Source: an uncultured Candidatus Rokubacteria bacterium
Lineage (GTDB): Bacteria > Methylomirabilota > Methylomirabilia > Rokubacteriales > DASRDR01
Direction: 5' to 3'
Assembly (NCBI GenBank): GCA_963826115.1
Contig: CAWGVS010000005.1
Span: 2,048,001-2,112,000 of the forward strand
Length of the DNA: 64,000 nucleotides
Positions 60,034 through 64,000 of the stretch are shown here, piece after piece. Position 1 is the first letter of the stretch. The number at the start of each line of letters is the position of its first letter. A program made the position numbers and the translations under genes. Under the pieces are notes generated by a model. It saw only the letters and a program-made list of their open reading frames with translations. It was not told the DNA's origin and searched no databases.

Positions 60034-60815
60034 CGGACGCGGAGACCGACCCCACTCCAGGCATCCCTGAGCGCGGCAAGAAGACGCGGACGACGGGCGA
60101 GCCCTCACCCCCCGCCCGCGCGATGAGCATCCACGCCCATCCGGACGATCAGGAGTTCACGGTCGGCGGCACCCTGGCCAAGTGGGCGCGCGCCGGCACT
60201 GCCATCGTCACCGTGTGCATCACGCGCGGCACCGGCGGGTCGAATCGATTCACGCCTCCGGAGATGACCCGGGAGGCCCTGGGGCCGATCCGGGAGGTCG
60301 AGCAGCGGAGCGCGTGCCGGGTGCTCGGATCGCGGACACGTGGTTCCTCGACTACGACGGACGGGATGCTCGAGTCGACCATCGCGCTCCGCCGGGACCT
60401 CACGCGCCTCATCCGGCGCTTCCGGCCGGACGCGGTCGTGTGCGGCGATCCCACGGTCCGGTACTACGGGTCCACGTACCTGAACCACCCCGACCACCGG
60501 GCGGCCGCCGACGCCGCCCTCGACGCCGTCTTCCCGTCGGCGGGCACGCGGCTGATCTTCCCGGAGCTGCTCGCCGAGGGGCTCGAGCCCCACGAGGTCC
60601 GCCAGGTCTACATCCACGGGGCCGAGCGGCCCGACACGTACGTCGACATCGCCGGAACACTCGACGTGAAGCTGGCCGCCCTCCGCGAGCACCGGAGCCA
60701 GATGGGCGAGTGGGACCCCAAGGAGTTCCTCGTGGAGTGGGCGCGCGAGCAGGGCGTCAAGGCGGGCCTCGAGGCGGCGGAGTCCTACCGGCGAATGGTG
60801 CTGGAGGGACCCTAG
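60030..60815 (+). CDS. PIG-L family deacetylase (compensating indels near 60330-60360)
   Basis: AHPDD, NHPDH, HRSQ; the alternate frame gives ADTWFLDYD. Confidence 0.88.
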   Translation: MTDAETDPTPGIPERGKKTRTTGEPSPPARAMSIHAHPDDQEFTVGGTLAKWARAGTAIVTVCITRGTGGSNRFTPPEMTREALGPIREVEQRSACRVLGSRTRGSSTTTDGMLESTIALRRDLTRLIRRFRPDAVVCGDPTVRYYGSTYLNHPDHRAAADAALDAVFPSAGTRLIFPELLAEGLEPHEVRQVYIHGAERPDTYVDIAGTLDVKLAALREHRSQMGEWDPKEFLVEWAREQGVKAGLEAAESYRRMVLEGP

Positions 60816-60863
60816 GCAGGCAGGCCGACAGATCTCAGCGAGCCCGCCCGCAGCCCACCGCCC

Positions 60864-61938
<1,075 letters not shown>

Positions 61939-61946
61939 GAGTGTCC

Positions 61947-62738
61947 TCAGTGCGCCCCGGCGGTCTTGCCGGGGGCCCGGCGGCCCAGCACCTGGATGAG
62001 CGCCATGCACCCCCACGTGATCGCGAAGGTCATGATCGCCAGCGCGGACGGCTCGTACGCGCGGTTCGCACCGATGAGCTGGATGTAAGGCCCGAACGCG
62101 GGGCGATTCAGCAGGCTCGCCATCGTGAACTCACCGATGACGATCGCGAACGTCAGGAACGCGCCGCTCAGCACCGCCACCTGCACGTTGGGCAGGATCA
62201 CGCGAAACAGAATGGTCCCCCAGCTCGCGCCAAGGCTCTGGGCCGCCTCGGTCAAGGTTCGCACGTCGATGGCGCGCAACCCGGTATCCACGGCGCGGTA
62301 CATGTACGGCAGCGCCAGCGTGATGTAACTGCACACCAGCAACACGTCGGTCCTTCGCTCACTGCCCGTCAGGGGCAGGAGCGAAGAGCTGTTGTACATC
62401 CGAAGGTACCCGAACACGATCACGATCGCCGGGATGACGAGCGGCAGCAGAGTCACGAACTCCACCACTGGCCGCAGTCTCGGCAAGCGCAGCTGGATCC
62501 AGTAGGCCGTCGGCACGATCAAGAGGATGCCCATCACGATTGTCGCGATCGCCATGACTGTAGAGTAGAGGAACGTCTCTTGAAAACGCGGATCCGCAAG
62601 CACGATGCGATACGCTTCGAAGCTGTACACCCCGCGCTGGTAGCGGAGCGAGAATTCAAACGTCCCCAGCAGCGGCACGAAGAAGTACACCACGCCGATC
62701 ATCAGGATCAGCCAGGAACCGAGCCGGCCACGCATCAT
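61947..62738 (-). CDS. ABC permease (PotC-like)
   Basis: EAAQSLGA, IGEF; ATGA overlap with upstream permease. Confidence 0.9.
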   Translation of the reverse strand: MMRGRLGSWLILMIGVVYFFVPLLGTFEFSLRYQRGVYSFEAYRIVLADPRFQETFLYSTVMAIATIVMGILLIVPTAYWIQLRLPRLRPVVEFVTLLPLVIPAIVIVFGYLRMYNSSSLLPLTGSERRTDVLLVCSYITLALPYMYRAVDTGLRAIDVRTLTEAAQSLGASWGTILFRVILPNVQVAVLSGAFLTFAIVIGEFTMASLLNRPAFGPYIQLIGANRAYEPSALAIMTFAITWGCMALIQVLGRRAPGKTAGAH

Positions 62739-63637
62739 CGGAGCCATCTTTCGCTACGCGCTCGAAGCCAGATGTACACGGCATTCGACAGCCCGGTGAT
62801 GACGATCATCCCCAGCGCAATGGCATATCCAAGGTTGGGGTTGTGGAGGACATCACCTCGGATCTGCGCAAACAGGAGGATCGTGATGATGTTGATCGCT
62901 CCGCCGGTGAGCGCGTACGCGGTGGCCACCGCACCGAAAGCATTGGCAAACAGCAGGAGCGTCGCGCCGAGCAGCGGTGGCCACACGATCGGAAAACCGA
63001 TGTAGCGCCAGTACTCCCATGCGGTCGCACCGAGATTGGCCGAGGCCTCTCGCCACTCGCGCTTGAGCCCGTCGAACGCGGGCGCCATGATCAGCACCAT
63101 CAGCGGAATCTGGAAGTACATGTAGGTCAGCGTCAAACCCCAGAAGCTCAGGAGATTGAACCCCGTGCTGTAGATGTTGAACCCGAACAGGTTGACCAGA
63201 AGAACGGTGACCAACCCTGTGCGTCCGAGCGTTGCCAGGAACGCGAAGGACAAGGGAACGCCGGCGAAGTTCGAGGCAACACCGGAGAACGTCATGAGCG
63301 TGGGGCGCACCCACCTAGGCAAGCCACCGCCAATCGCCGCATAGGCGAGGAAGGAGCCGATGATTCCCCCTCCGATTGCCGAGGCCGCGCTGATCTCGAT
63401 GCTGATTCGGTACGCTCGCAGCACATTGGGCTGGAACAGATCGAGCACGTTCTTGAGGGTGAACCGACCGTCGTGATCCTGAAAACCCCCAACCACCAGG
63501 AAGGTCGTTGGCAGGATCAAGAACATGAGCGCAAAGCGAGAAAGGGAACGACGCCCACCCACGCCCAGGACCGACCGCGGAACCATCCGGACGTCACGAC
63601 GGGCGGGGAGGTGTCCGTTTGGGACTGCGCGCTCCAT
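62735..63637 (-). CDS. ABC permease (PotB-like); N-terminus probably affected by indels
   Basis: NFAGVPL, YFQIPLM, EASANLGA. Confidence 0.85.
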   Translation of the reverse strand: MERAVPNGHLPARRDVRMVPRSVLGVGGRRSLSRFALMFLILPTTFLVVGGFQDHDGRFTLKNVLDLFQPNVLRAYRISIEISAASAIGGGIIGSFLAYAAIGGGLPRWVRPTLMTFSGVASNFAGVPLSFAFLATLGRTGLVTVLLVNLFGFNIYSTGFNLLSFWGLTLTYMYFQIPLMVLIMAPAFDGLKREWREASANLGATAWEYWRYIGFPIVWPPLLGATLLLFANAFGAVATAYALTGGAINIITILLFAQIRGDVLHNPNLGYAIALGMIVITGLSNAVYIWLRARSERWLR

Positions 63638-63751
63638 GGGGATCGAGGCTCAGGTGAAGTAGCGGCTACCGGAAGCTACCTCACCGGGGTGGATCTCCCA
63701 CCGCAGCTTCCACATCGGACGATCTCCCTCCTCGGTCGCGGCTGAACAGAC

Positions 63752-63787
63752 TGGACCCCTCCCCCGCAGATATGGGAGAGGGGTCCA
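63752..63787. other. GC-rich intergenic hairpin between SBP and permease genes
   Basis: TGGACCCCTC ... GAGGGGTCCA inverted repeat. Confidence 0.55.
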
Positions 63788-63871
63788 CGATCCTCAGTCC
63801 AACAGGACCAAAAGCCACCACGTGTGTCGATCACTCGGTCGCCCGCTCGTGACCTCGCCCAAGAGGGTGGC

Positions 63872-64000
63872 TCACTTCGCCACGTCGGCCCCGACGACAG
63901 CATCCCACTGCTTGGTGATGATCTCCTTGGAGCGATTCTGCTGCTCGAGAGTCGGAAACACTGCCTTCTCGTACGCATCCGCTGGAGGCAGCTTCGAGAG
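63872..64000 (-). CDS. ABC substrate-binding protein, C-terminal end (partial)
   Basis: LSKLPPADAYEKAVFPTLEQQ...ITKQWDAVVGADVAK-stop, upstream of the permeases. Confidence 0.75.
   Translation of the reverse strand, partial: LSKLPPADAYEKAVFPTLEQQNRSKEIITKQWDAVVGADVAK

Overview
High-GC bacterial chromosomal window with about 55 genes. Gene content and style suggest a soil Candidatus Rokubacteria/Methylomirabilota-like organism (inference only). I found no rRNA, tRNA, CRISPR array or recognisable mobile element. Content is mostly metabolic: five ABC transporter clusters, several methionine/C1 enzymes (split MetH pieces, two core MetE-like proteins, a MetF-MetV-like fusion), a type III PKS cluster preceded by thiolase/DUF35, a sugar-acid catabolic block and assorted oxidoreductases. 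Many genes carry indels typical of unpolished long-read sequence, mainly at 26-27.5, 36-47 and 51-55 kb. The strongest hidden signal is two genes split in the ORF track by an in-frame TGA at a catalytic Cys position, each followed by a SECIS-like hairpin. One is a YVTN beta-propeller fused to a TlpA-like thioredoxin (W-U-G-P-C, 24468-25841). The other is a MerB-like organometal lyase with Sec at the C-terminal catalytic Cys (55117-55791). The MerB-like gene is translationally coupled to an ECF sigma/anti-sigma pair. Twin back-to-back GTAAC-N17-CGTA promoters link that operon to a divergent membrane-lipid-modification operon. All family assignments come from motif recognition by eye, not database searches.
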